In this document: positions 22,693 to 43,516 of the stretch, piece after piece | Layout of the letters: every line of letters begins with the position of its first letter | Numbering within the stretch: the first letter of the stretch is position 1 | DNA from: the human T2T-CHM13v2.0 reference genome, Homo sapiens | DNA length: 64,000 nucleotides | Direction: 5' to 3' (one strand) | Assembly: GCF_009914755.1 (NCBI RefSeq) | Contig: NC_060929.1 | The notes under the pieces: model-generated | Seen by the model: the letters and a program-made list of their open reading frames with translations, nothing else | Told to the model about the DNA's origin: nothing | Databases searched by the model: none | Made by a program: the position numbers and the translations under genes

Positions 22693-24441
22693 ACTGTTAT
22701 TCAAAATATATAGAAAACTCTTAAAACTCAATAATAAGAGAAAAAAACCTGATTAAAAAATGGACCAAAGACATTAACAGACACCTGACCAAAGAAGATA
22801 TACAGATGACAAATATGCATATGAAAATATGCTTTACCTCATGTATCATCAGGGACATACAAATAAAAACAACATTGAGGTACTACCACATACAAATTAA
22901 AATGGCTGAAATCCAAAACATTGACAACACCAATTGCTGGTGAGGATGTGGAGCAACAGGGATTCTCATTCATTGCTGGTAGGAATGCAAAATGATACAG
23001 TTACTTTGTTATTTATTGTTGTTGTTGTTTTTGCTGCTGCTGCTGCTGCTGTTTCAATGTAATAAAAATGAAATTTGTTATTTTATTTTTTTAATTGGCT
23101 TTTAAAATAATTTCAGCTTTTAGATTCAGGAGGTACATGCATGTAAAGGTTTGTTTTGTGAGTATATTGTGTGATGCCGATGTTAGAAATATGAATGACC
23201 CCATCACCCAGAAAGTGAACATAGCACTCAGCAGTTTTTCAACCCTTGACTGGCTCCTTCCCCTCCCCCTTCTAGTAGTCCCTAGTGTCTATTTTTGATA
23301 TATTCATGTCTGTAATTACCCAATATCTACCTTCCAGTTATAAATAAAAGCATGCATTATTGGTTTTTCTCTTTCTGCATTAATTTGCCCAGGATAATGG
23401 TTTCCAGCTGCATCCATGTTGCTGCAAAGAAACATGATTTCATCATTTTTTATGGCTGCATAGTATTCCAAGCTATATATGTACCACATTATCTTTATCC
23501 AACCCACAATTGAGGGGCACCATCAGGTTGATTCCATGTCTTCGCTATCATGAATAGCACTGTGATGAACATAAAAGTTCAGGTATACTTTTAGTAGAAT
23601 AATTTATTTTCTTTCAGATATCTACCCAATGGGATTGCTGGGTCAAATGGTAGTTCTGTTTTCAGTTCTTTGAGAAATATCCAAACTGCTTTCTACAGTG
23701 GCTGAACTAATTTAAATTCTCACCAACAGTGTAAGCATTCTCTTTTCTCCATGGTCTTGCCAGCATCTGTTGGTTTTTGACATTTTAATAACAGCTATTC
23801 TGACTGGTGTGAGATGGTATCTCATTGTGGTTTTGGTTTGCATTTCTCTGATGATTAATGACGTTGAGAATTTTTTCATATGCTTTTGGCCACTCGTATG
23901 TTTTCTTTTAAGAAGTGTCTGTTCATGTCTTTTGCCGCCTTTTTAATGGGGTTGTTTTTATTGTTGTTGTTTGTTTATTTACTGTTGAATTGTTTTAAGT
24001 TCCTTATAGATTCTGATAGATCATTTTCAGATGCAAAGATTCTGTTGGTAGTTTTTTGTTGTTGTTGTTTTGGTTTTTTTCTGTGTAGAAGTCTTTAAAT
24101 TTAATTAGGTCCTACTTAGTTTCTGTTTTTGTTTTAATTACTTTTGAGGACTTAGTCATAAATTATTTCCCATGGCCTATGTCCAGAATGCTGTTTCCTA
24201 GGTTTTCTTCTAGGATTCTTATAGTTTGAGGTCTTACATTTAAATCTTTAATCCATTTTGAGTTAATTTTGTTTCCGATTAGGAGTAGGGGGTCTACTTT
24301 CATTCTCTTGCATATGGCTAACAAGCTATAACAGCATCATTTATTGCATAGGGAATTCTTTCTTCATTGCTTAAACTTGTTGACTTTGTTGAAGATCATA
24401 TGGGTGTAGATGTGCAGTATTATTTCTGGGTTTTCTATTTT

Positions 24442-30465
<6,024 letters not shown>

Positions 30466-30677
30466 TTCAGTATATGCATTCTTTTGCACAGCTGTTGAAA
30501 ACTTAGGTAATGAAGAAGGTTGAGGCCTTCGGACTTCTCTGGGGCCAGCAGTCACCCAACCAGGGACCTGGGGTCAGCAGCCACCCAACCAGGGACCCAG
30601 GGCTGTGGGCTCAGCTGACTACCCTGGGCTCTGTGTCCAACCAGCAGTCAGCAGGTGGCTGTGCCAAGGTGGCAGAG
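30466..30677 (-). other. 212-bp non-L1 5' transduction containing a 2 x 29-bp tandem repeat
   Basis: Lies between the L1 5' end and the TSD. Repeat units 30539-30567 and 30568-30596 are 27/29 identical. Confidence 0.85.
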
Positions 30678-32599
30678 CTGGGTTTTCTATTTTGTTCCAT
30701 TGGTCTATGTGTCTGTTTTGGTACCAGTACCATGGTGTTTTGGTTACTGTAGCCTTATAGTATAGTTTGAAATCAAATAATGTAATGATTCTGGCCTTGT
30801 TCTTTTTGCTGAGGATTACTTTGGCTATTCAGGCTCTTTCTTCATTCCATATAAATTTTAGAACAGTTTTTTCTAATTCTTATACAACTACTTTGGAAGA
30901 CAGTTTGATAGCTTCTTACAAACTCTTATCATATGATCCAAGATATTTATAGCAGCTTTATTCATAATTGTCAAAACTTGGAAGCAACTAAGATGTCCCT
31001 CAGTAGGTGAATGGTTAAATAAATTGTGGCACCTACAGACAAGGGAATATTATACAGCAATAAAAAGAAATAAGTTATCAAGCTAACATATTGGAGAAGT
31101 ATATAAGAAGAAACGTGTATATTACTTGGTGAAAGAAGCCAATCTGACAAAGCTACATATTATATGATTCCAACCATATGATATCATGGAAAAGGCAAAA
31201 CTATGGGACAGTAAAACGATCAGTGATTTCCAGAGGCTGGGGTAAGAGATGGGGGCATGAATAGGCAGAACACAGAGGATTTTTAGGGCAGTGAAAATAG
31301 TTGATATGATACTAAAATAATGGATACATATTATTATATATTTTTTCAAATTCATAGAATTTACAGCACCAAGAGACAATATTAATCTATCATGTGGACT
31401 TTGGGTGATTATTATGTGTTAATGTAGGTTCATTAATTGTAACAAATGTACCGTACTTGTGGTCAATATTGATCCTGGTAGAGGGTATACATGTGTTGGG
31501 GCAGTGAGTATATACAAAATCTCTGTACCTTTTTTATAGGTTTTCTGTAAACCTAAAACTGCTCTAAAAAATAAAGTCTTATAAACAGGTATTAGACACA
31601 ATCACTGAGGGTTTTATTAAGGAAAATAAAATAATATGAAGCAATTATCTCACTGTTCATGACTCAAGTGTCAAAGCACACTCCTAAGAGACTAAAACTG
31701 ATACTCGAGTTGTAAGTAACAACAAGTGGTGATATTTTTCTTACCTTGTGTGGCCCCTAATATTAAACTGTGGTTTTGAAGATGAATGTGGAAACTAATG
31801 TTTGCCTTGCTTCTCTTAAAACTCACTTATCTATACCTTTCCATTTACACTACCAGTTTGTCTCTGGTTCTCCCTTAACAGAAGATAAGCTATTTTATTA
31901 ACTATTTTACTAGTCCTTTTGGGGTAGTTTCATTTTTTGCTTAGGTATTGAAACTGAAATTATTTTAAAAACATAGGAATGCATTTTTTAAATAGTGTGG
32001 TAGGGTTCAGTAATTTGATAAGAAGTCATCTTAACATTAGCACTCTTTAGGACGGCCATGTGCGGTTTCACATTTTACCATATTAGAAGATATCATTAAG
32101 GTATGCAATAATATGAAAGACATAAAGTTCCTAAAGTCTACAATCTGCAATACTGTGGACTCTGGCTCTGGGTGACAGCATGGACAAGAAATAAGAAGCT
32201 TGTGTTTCAATGTTTCAAAATGTAGGATCCTAAATATCTTTAATACACATATGATCTATGAGAGTATTGATATTTTAGAGTACTGATGATTGTGTTTTAA
32301 TATCAAAGGGAAGTACAAACCTGAACAGATGGGTATCTCCCTGAAATAGTTAGCATTCATAAAGAAAGAATACTGTAGAACTCTTGTTTGCTCCAAACTA
32401 GGTATCTCAATTTGTTTCTGACACTGAGTCAGATTAGAGAAATGAAAACAGAAATACATTTATTCTCCTCACACAGGACAAAACTAGCCACTACAGAAAA
32501 TGTTCATAACTATTTTCATTCCCAGGAGCTCCATGATAGGATGTTCCTCTCACTGAATGTGTGGAGCACCATCTGATTGGTCAGGTATATTGTCTCAAA

Positions 32600-32714
32600 T
32601 ACCAGTTTGGGTCTTTGACTCCTTTGACTGTCTTGCTGATCACAGGGACTCAAATATTACTGAATCTCTCATTATCAGTAAGGCAATCAAAGGAGTCAGA
32701 AATCCAAACTGGTA
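32600..32714. repeat. 115-bp inverted repeat / hairpin (41-bp arms)
   Basis: Arms 32600-32640 and 32674-32714 are complementary at 35/41; the loop holds a second stem gggactca/tgaatctc. Confidence 0.9.
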
Positions 32715-34651
32715 CTTATTAAAATAAAAATATAACATTGTATTTTTAAATTGTTTAATATTACTAAAGAAAATTTAAACTATTTTTCCATCACTTTAAA
32801 TTCTCTCTTATTATATGCTCCTAATGGCCAATTCATAAATTAAATAAACCAATAGCTTTTAAGCCCCAATTCAGAACACTTTTTAATTGAAATTGCAAGC
32901 CCTTGTTGATAATTCAAAACCATCTTCCTTTTTTTGAAGGAAAAAAATATGATTTTCTCTCAAAAAGATATCTCCTTCTGCATGCTTCCATCATTCTTTG
33001 TAAGTATCTTTTTAGCTATGGCTCACTCAAGTTTACTTATAAACCAGTCCTTAAGGATTTCAGTTCAAGATGGCTAACTAGAGACATCATATGCCAGCCC
33101 TCTCAAGACAGAAAAGCCAAAATTATGAACAGACAATTATAGCTTAAATAGAACATCTAGGATAAAACACTAAAGTCTAATAGAGAACTCATAAAAGATA
33201 CCCAAGGCACAGAAGAAGAAAGCCAATGGCCAGCTTGGCTGAGATTAACCAGGATCCCAGAGGAGCTCAGAATTGCAGGGAAAGGATGAGTAAAAGAGAT
33301 GTAGTGATCGATATGCCTACTGTGAGCTGCTGTGATCCAGACTGCAGAAGAGCTCTTCTACGTATATGAATGCTGACACTAACGTGAGTAGTGATATGGA
33401 GACGCTGAAAGCATTGCATCAGACAGAGAACTCACACTGGGTCACTCACCTCCTCCAAGACCTGAATGGCTACAGAAGCATTCCATTTTGGGAGTGCAAC
33501 AATCGTGGGACTGCATCCTGCCCTGGGAACAACAGGCTCCACATCTCTACATCCCAGAAGTTCCTGCTGACATTCCCTTGCATAGACTCAGAGGGCTGCA
33601 GTAGCACAGCACTAGCTGGACCCAAAGATGCTGCAAAGTCCCCAGCTCTATCCCATAGGTAGTGCTACTCCTCAGGAAAAGGGCAGTACAGCATTCAAAA
33701 GGCCAGCTCCTAGGACAAAGGAATCATAAGTACACACTTTTAAAAGCCCAAGAACTTCCTATCTGGGGCTATGAGAAGCGACTCTGGCCCTGTCATTGGA
33801 ACAAACCCTGTGCTTAGTTTTGTAAGTGAAGAGTGAAATGCCCTCCCACTAGCAGAGCAGCATCTGTGCTTGAGCTGTGACATAGAGAACAGGAATCCTC
33901 CTCCGCCTCTGCACACCTTCTCTTGCTGCCACTGGAGGCCAGGTTGGGTGAGCCAAAGGGCTGACTGACTGGAGCAGTAAGTGGTGACTGCAATCCCATT
34001 GATGGTGTGGACTCTGTGCCTGAACTTTTGTGTATAAAGCGGGGCACCTCACCCCTCTGTGTGGTACTTTGGTGCTGCTGCCTCAGAGAGTAGGAAAGAC
34101 TGAAAACGGCGTGGTTGAAACTTTTGGAGCTGAGTCTGTAAGGCAGTCATCAACAACACCAGCCCACACCAACTGGATCAACAGGGTAGTCACACCACAG
34201 CTACCACCATTGCCCATACCACACCAGCTGACCAGGGACCCGAGAGCCTGCTCACTTGCCCTATCCACTGCTGCTACTACTTGCAGATGAGCAATCCATG
34301 TGGAAGCCCAAGAATCAGACTGCCACTAATCACTGACATAGGGGCTAGTGTACACTACCCTAGGGCATAAAAACATAGTATGCTCAGCCCACTGCTGCCA
34401 TCACTGAAGCCTGAAGACTGGCCCACTTTCCAAGTCCCCAGTATAACTTCTACACCTCCTTTACTGATACCTACACCTTAATGCGCCAAGGAAATCACAG
34501 GAAGCACTGATGTTGCTTACAACCAAAGAAACCATATAGAGATGAAACTACTGGATGCACCCAGAATCAAAGCCAACGTGCTCTACCAACTAACACCACA
34601 CATGTGTCTTTTAAAAGTTTTTTCCCTTACAAAAGTGAAATGAAAGGCCAG

Positions 34652-34950
34652 GGCTGGGCATGCTGGGTCACTCCTGTAATTCCAGCACTTTGGGAGGTCA
34701 AGACAGGCAGATCATTTAAGGTCAGGAGTTCGAGATCAGCCTGGCCAACATGGTGAGACCCCATCTCTACTAAAAAATATAAAAATTTGCTTGACATAGC
34801 AGTGCATGTCTATAATCCCAGATACTTGGGAAGCTGAGGCAGGAGAATCGCTTTAACCCAGGAGACGGAGGCTGCAGTGAGCCGAGATTGTGCCACTGCA
34901 CTCCAGCCTTGGTGACAGAGTGAGGCTCTATCTCGAAAAATTAAAAATAA
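34652..34950 (+). mobile_element. AluS (Sx-like)
   Basis: Full dimeric Alu with a degenerate A tail, flanked by a ~52-bp diverged direct repeat. Confidence 0.92.
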
Positions 34951-37871
34951 ATTTAGAAACCACCACACATACATCTTTTTAAAAAGTCCTTCCTTTATAA
35001 AAGTGAAATCAAAAACAGGAAGAAGTGATTACACCAGATACACAGATATCAACATATGGATACAGAAAACATAAAGAAAAGCAAGAAATTATGAAACCTC
35101 CAAAAGAATACAATAATTCATCAGCAATAGATATTAATCAAAAAGAAATTTTTAAAACTCCAGATAAAGAATTCAAAATGTTGATTTTAAAGAAACTCAG
35201 TGAGACGCAAGAGAATTCTGAAAAACAATACAAAACATCAGAAAAACAATTTAGGATACGAATGAGAAATTTACCAAAGTCATAGATATTTTTAGAAATA
35301 TAAATTCTGGAGCCGAAGAATTAATTAAGGGAAATACAAAATACATTTGCAAGCCTCAACAATGGATTAAATCAGGCAAAAGAAAAAATCTCATAACTTA
35401 ATGACAGGTCTTTTGAAATAATGCAGTAAGACAAAAATAAAGGAAAAAGATTTAAAAATAATGAACAAAGCCTTCATGACACTTGGGATAACATAAAGTG
35501 ACCAATTATATGAACTATTGTTATTCGCAAAGGTGAAGAGATAATAAAAAGAATAGAAAATCTATTTAATAAAATAATAAATGTAAACTTCTCAATGCAA
35601 AAATCATCTCTTATGTTAAAATCAGGCTATCTAAAGTCAATCATAAAGAGCAAATTCTAAAAACAGCAAGCAAAAGGCAACTAGTCAACTATAAAGGAAA
35701 ACTCATCAGAACAACAGTGCATTTCTCAGGAGAAACCTTACAGTGTGGAAGATAATGAGATAATATATCCAAAGAAGTGTTGGAAAGAACACTATTAATA
35801 TTCCCCCCCCAAATATCTTTCATCAATGAAGGAAAATAGTCTTTTCCAGATGAGCAAATGCTGAGAGAATTTGTTACCACTAGACTAGCCCTACAAGAAA
35901 TGCTCAAGGGAGTTCTAAATTTGGAAGCAAAAGGATGGCATTTGCCATCATGAAAACATGTGAAAGTATAAAACTCACTGGTAAAGCAATCAGACAAAGG
36001 AGAGAAAGAAAGGACTCAAATGGCACCACTATAGAATTTCACCAGACTACAACAACTAACAATAAGAGAAAATGTAAAAAAACAAAGAATATATAAAACA
36101 GAAAACAACAATATAACAGGAACAAAGCCTCACGTATCAATAATAACCTGAAAAAATGGACTAAATTCTCACTTAAAAGATATAGATAGGTTGAATGAAT
36201 TTTTAAAATAAACTTACTATATGCTACTTAAAAGAAACTCACCTTATCATTAAAGACATACATTGATTGAAAGTCAAAGGATGGAAAAAGATATTCCATG
36301 CAAATGGAAACCAAAAGCAAGCAGGAGTAGCTACATTTCTGTCAGATAAAACAGATTTTAAGTCAAGAACAGTAAAAAAAAAAAAAGACAAAGAAGGTCA
36401 TTATATGATGATAAATGGATCAGTCTAGCAGGAAGATATAACAATTCTAAATATATTTGCACTTAAAAGTAAAGCACTCAGATTAATAAAGCAAGCATCA
36501 CTAGGTCTAAAGGGAAAGATAGACTGCAATATATGACAGTGGGAGCCTTTAACATGTCATTCTCAGCATTAAACAGATTATTTAGACAGAGATTCAAAGA
36601 AAAGACATTGGATTTAAACTGGACTTTACACCAAATAGATCTAGCCAATACTTACAGAACCTTCTATCTAACAACTGCAGAATATGCATTCTTTTCTTCA
36701 ACACATGGAACATTCTACAGGAGATGGTAGGCCACAAAATAAGTCTCAACAAGTTTTACAAACTCAAAATAATATTGAGTATCCTCTCAGACCATCATGG
36801 AATAAAAGTAGAAGTCAATATCAAGAGGAACTTTGGAAACTATACAAATACATGGAAATTAAACAACATGCTCCTGAATGACCATTGGGCCAAGGAAGAA
36901 ATAAGTATGAAAATAAAATAAAATAAAATATTGAAACAAATGAAAATGGAAATGACATACAAAAACCTGTCAAATATAGCAAAAGGGGTGGTAAGAGGGA
37001 TTTTTATACCAATAAATGACACAAACAAACAGCAAGATTACAAATTAACAATATAACAATGCAGATCAAGAAACTAGTAAAGCAAGGACAAACCAAACTC
37101 AGAATTAGAAGAAAAGAAATAATAAAGATCAGAGCAAAGCTACATAAAATAGAGATTAAAACAATACAAAGTATCAATGAAATGAAAAGTTATTCAAAAA
37201 GATAAACACAATTGATACATCTCTAGATAGACTAACCAAGAAAAGAAGAGAGAAGATCCAAATCAGCAAAATCATGAATGAAGGAGCCATTACAACTGAT
37301 ACCACAGAAATAAAAAAGATCACCAGAGACTATTATGAACAACTCTGTGCAGACAAATTGGAAAACCTACAGGGAATGGATAAATTCCTAGAAATATACA
37401 ACCTATCAAGACTGAATCAGGAAAAAAATAGAAAACTTGAACAGATCAATAACAAGTAGTAAGATTGAGTCAGTCATAAAAGTCTCCCGAACAAAGAAAA
37501 GGACACAACTGGATGAATAAACAGCCAAATTCTACCAATAGTACAGAGAAGAACAAATTACCAATCCTCCTGAAACTATTCCAAAAAGTTGAATTGAAGG
37601 GAATTCTCCCTAACTTATTCTACAAGGCCAGGATCACCCTGACACCCAAACCTGACAAGAACACAACAACAAAAAAAGCCACAAGCCAATATTCTTAATG
37701 AACATAGGTGCAAAACAATCCTCAGCAAAACATTAGCAAACCAAATAAAACAGCATATCAAAAAGGTAACATACCATGATCAGGTGGGATTTATAAAAGG
37801 GATGCAAGGATGGTTCAACATATGCAAATCAATAAACATAATACATCACTTTAAAGAAAACAAAATTATTA

Positions 37872-38339
<468 letters not shown>

Positions 38340-41300
38340 TTAAAGCCTTTCCTCTAAAAACTGGAACAAGACAAAGATGCTGAACTTTACCACTCCTATT
38401 CAACATAGCACTGGAAGTCCTAGACAGAGCAATCAGACAAGAGAAACAAATAAAAGACATCCAAATTGGAAAAGAGGAAGTCAAATTTTACCTATTTGAT
38501 CTTATGCATAGAAAAACCTAAAGACTCCACAAAAACTTTATAGTTAATAAATGAATTCAGTAAAGTTGCAAGATACAAAATCAATGTACAAAAATCTGTA
38601 GCATTTCTATATACCAATAATTATCTACCCAAGAAATAAGTCAAGAAGGCAATTCCATTTATAATAGCTACAATAAAATAAAATAAAATACCTAGGAATA
38701 AGTATAACCAAGGAGGTGAAAGCCAAGCGAGACTACAAAATACTGCTGAAGGAGATTAAAGATGATACAAACAAATGGAAAATCATCTCATGCTCATGGA
38801 TTGGAAGAATTAGTGTTATTCAAATGACCATATCTCTCAAAGTAATCTGCAAATGCAATTCAACTGCTACCAATATAACAACATTATTCTTCACAGAATT
38901 ATAAACAAAAATCCTAAAATTCATATGGAACTGAAAAAGAGCCTGAATACCCAAAGAAATCTGGAGCAAAGAGAACAAAGCTGAAGGCATCATATTACCT
39001 GATTTCAAAATATATTCAAAGGCTACAGTAACCAAAATAACATGGTATTGGTTCAAAAGTAGACACATAAACCAATGGAGCAGAATAGAGCAACCAGAAA
39101 TTAAAAGTCACGTATTTACAGCCAATTTTACCATTGACAAAGCTGTCAAGAACTTACATTGAGAACAGGACACTTTCTTTAATAAATGGTGCTAGGAAAA
39201 TTGGATAGCCATATGCAAAATAGTGAAACTGGGCCCCTATTTCTCACCCTATACAAAAACCAACCCAAAAATGAAATAAAGAGTTAAGTGTGGAAACTAA
39301 AAGCACAAAAATTTTAGAAGAAAACCTAGGGGACTCTCTCCTGGACATTGGTCTAACCAAAACTTTTATGACTAAGACCTCGAAAGGATAAGCAACAACA
39401 AAAAATAGATGAATGGGACTTAACCTAACAAGCTTCTGCGCAGAAAAAAAAAATTAACAGGATGAAGGGACAGCCTTTTGAATGAGAGAAAATATTGCAA
39501 ACTATGCATTCAGTAGGGGACTGATATCCAGAATATATGTGGAACTCAAGCAACACAACAGGAAAACAAAACAAAACAAAACAAAACAAACCACTACAAT
39601 GTAGACAAAGAACATGAATAGACATTTCTCAAAAGAAGGTATAAAAACAGCCAACAGGTATATGAAAAAATGTTTAACATCACTACTCATTAGAGAAATG
39701 CAAATCAGAATTACAGTGAGATATCATCTTAGTCAGAATGGCTATCATTAAAAAGACAGAAAAATAACAGATATTGGGAAGGACACAGAAAAAAGGCATG
39801 CTTATACACTGTTGGTGGGAACATAATCTAGTAGAGCCACTATGGAAAACAGTATGCAAATTTCTCAAAAAGAAAAAAACTAAAAATAGAATTACCATTC
39901 AATCCAGCAATCCCACTGTAGGGTATCTACTCAAAGGAGAAAAAAAATCAATATATATAAGGGGTACCTGCACTCATAGGTTTACTGCAGTACTACTTAC
40001 ATTAGCAAAAATATGGAATCAACCTAAATGTACATCAAATGAAACAATTGTGATATATATACACAATGGAATACTATTCAGCTATAAAAAAGAATGAAAT
40101 CATGCTATTTGTAGCAATATGGATAAAATTGGAGGTAATTCTCTTAAGCGAAATAAGCCAGGTACAAAAAGACAAATATTGCATGTTCTCACTTATGTGT
40201 GGGGCTATAAAATCTTGTCACATGGGAGTAAATAACAAAGATGGAGAGGGCGAGTTGGGGAAAAGGAAGAGGATGAAGAAAGTGGATTAAGGGAGGGTGC
40301 AAATGTAAAATAGTCAAGATGGAATAAATGTAGTGTTTGATAGCAGAGTAGGGTGAATATTCTTAACTAAAATGTATTGCACTTGGGTGATGGACACATT
40401 CAATACACTGAGTTGCTTATTTTTATAACCTTCAATTATATGCAAAGCAATTTGATTTCAAAATATAATTTAATATTTATCAATGAGGAAAATCTTTTGA
40501 GTCCTATGAAGAAGCCCAGAGCTTAAAGTTACCCCCCTCCTTCACTTTATTTTGCATAGCATTACATAGCTGGTTTCACACAGCATTCAACTAAATATTT
40601 TTGAAACAAAGTAATAATTATTTAACTGATGAATTAAATATTGTGTATAATACTCTTAACAAGGGGAAAATAATAAATTAAATACTTCACTCTTGTTTTT
40701 GCATTTAAGAAAATATCAGTCTTGGTTTCTGTCAAGAATAGCCTTAAACTGGTTCTTAGGTTTAATTAAAAGCAGTTCTCCTTGTAATTTTATTTCTAAA
40801 GCTTTCTGGTTTTAAATCAACATAACTAAAAACAATTTCATAATTTTCTTAAAAACATAAAAAGAACCCATTTTCACCACCTCAATTATATACAGATTCA
40901 GATTTCAGCCACACAGGAGAAAATAAGAGCACCTTTTGGAAGAATGAAAAAAATGGTTGTCATAAAGCTCATGAGCTTTGCATGGGAGATATGTTCCAAT
41001 TCTCAAACAAGTCAAATGACTTGGTAATTCATGTGGAGTTAAATGTATTCACTTAACAAACTTGTCTATTGGTTTCCTTGGAAACCTTCATTTTTTATCA
41101 AATGATGTTGGACATATGATTAGAAACACAGGAAGAAGGGCTAATACTTGACAATTTCAATGAAAAGAAAGCACAATGAGCAGCAGAATCACGATTTACC
41201 TGTAGTCGTTTACTTTAGAAACGAACTTCACCACAATAGGTCTCAAGGCACCAAAGGATTAGAGTTAGCAAAAGTGATGAGCTGAATTGTGAGTCCAGCT

Positions 41301-41605
41301 GGTCAAGAAAGTACTGTGTTACCATGATATTCTATGTAATAAAGCGAAGAACGGTTATACATTTTTACATAAGTATCTATCAAAATGTAAAAAGTTTTCA
41401 AATATTAGTCTTTAAAGGGACTGTTTTAGGTATCAGAAATGTTTGTACTTATTGAATATATTACTTCCCCCAATTAATAAATATGGAGCATTTTCATTCT
41501 TTAAACAGCTTAAGGTAATGAAAATAATTGTATAGAAGTAAATACTGCAAAAGTGAAGTCATTAACTGGGAAGAAATTCTTTTCTTTCGATATTAAAAGC
41601 AGCTC

Positions 41606-41907
<302 letters not shown>

Positions 41908-42544
41908 GGTATTAAAAGCAGCTGCATACAGTGTCTTGACAAGTTTAGGTAATAAAACTGTGAATAATTTTACATATACAGTAATGTATTTTATATACGT
42001 ATGTGTGTGTACACACGCACATACACACACAATGGGTTGAATAAGCAAAAAGCAGTCTTGGTTCCTTTTGGTATTAAATAAAACCAGTAAGTGGAACAAG
42101 GTGTAGCCTTACTAGGAAATAATGGTGTTTTCTATCACAGTAAGTTGCTTTTATTTCTCTGAGAAAATAAGTACCTGCCCAAGCCATTTTTAGTTCTCAT
42201 AAAAACACAAGCTTTTCTTCCCAAAGTAATATAGTTTGCTCTTTATTTGTTTACTCCAAACTCATTTTTTCATACTTTCACTCAACCATCATTTTTTACA
42301 TTTAAATTCTAGTAATACTACATCATTTGTGTTTCTGTTATCTCTGGTCTCTGTGAATTTTCTAACCTAAGGCAATAGAAAATTTTTTAGTTAAAAATGG
42401 GAAATATCACCTGACTCTTAGAGGGCTGATAGTATGTGACTCTTGAGGAAGAAACTCTATTTTGACCACAACTAAGATAGATTGATGCAGAGGCAGAGCA
42501 AATAAATGCCTGGCCATGAATATTGGTAATATTCCATTATCAAT

Positions 42545-42752
42545 GTGATCCAATGTAACTTTCTGCTATAATTGAAATGCTCTGTATCTGTGAAGCTTAA
42601 TATAGTAGCTACTAGCTATATATGGCTATTAAACATTTGAAATGTGGTAGGTGGGATGAAGAAACTGAATTTTAAATTTTATTCGATGTTAATTAATGTA
42701 AACTTAAATAGCTTCATGTGGCTGCTGGCTACTATATTGGACAATGCAGTTC
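42545..42752. mobile_element. MER3-like hAT-Charlie MITE
   Basis: 'aactttctgc...gtagctactagctatatatggctatt...gaaatgtgg...actgaattttaaatttt...ggctactatattggacaatgcag'. Confidence 0.75.
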
Positions 42753-43020
42753 TATAGAATTAACCAAGATATAATTAATTTGGTTTAAGTATGGTATGTA
42801 GAATATTCATTCTAAGAAGTCCAATAGAATGAAGATGCTTTCAGATAAATGTAAAATATATACATTCTTTTTATACTCCACCAACATTCCCCCAGTAGAT
42901 TATTGAGAGTCACTTAAAATGTTTCTTAGCTAGGCTCTTATAAAATTAAAAAATTTCTAAATACCTGGCACAAGATTTCCTCAGCGTGCCCCACATTTAT
43001 TATCCGCCTCAATGAGGTTA

Positions 43021-43516
<496 letters not shown>

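Noticed and set aside
30539-30596. 29-bp direct repeats as a CRISPR-like array
   Set aside because: Only two adjacent copies with no spacer, in a human context.
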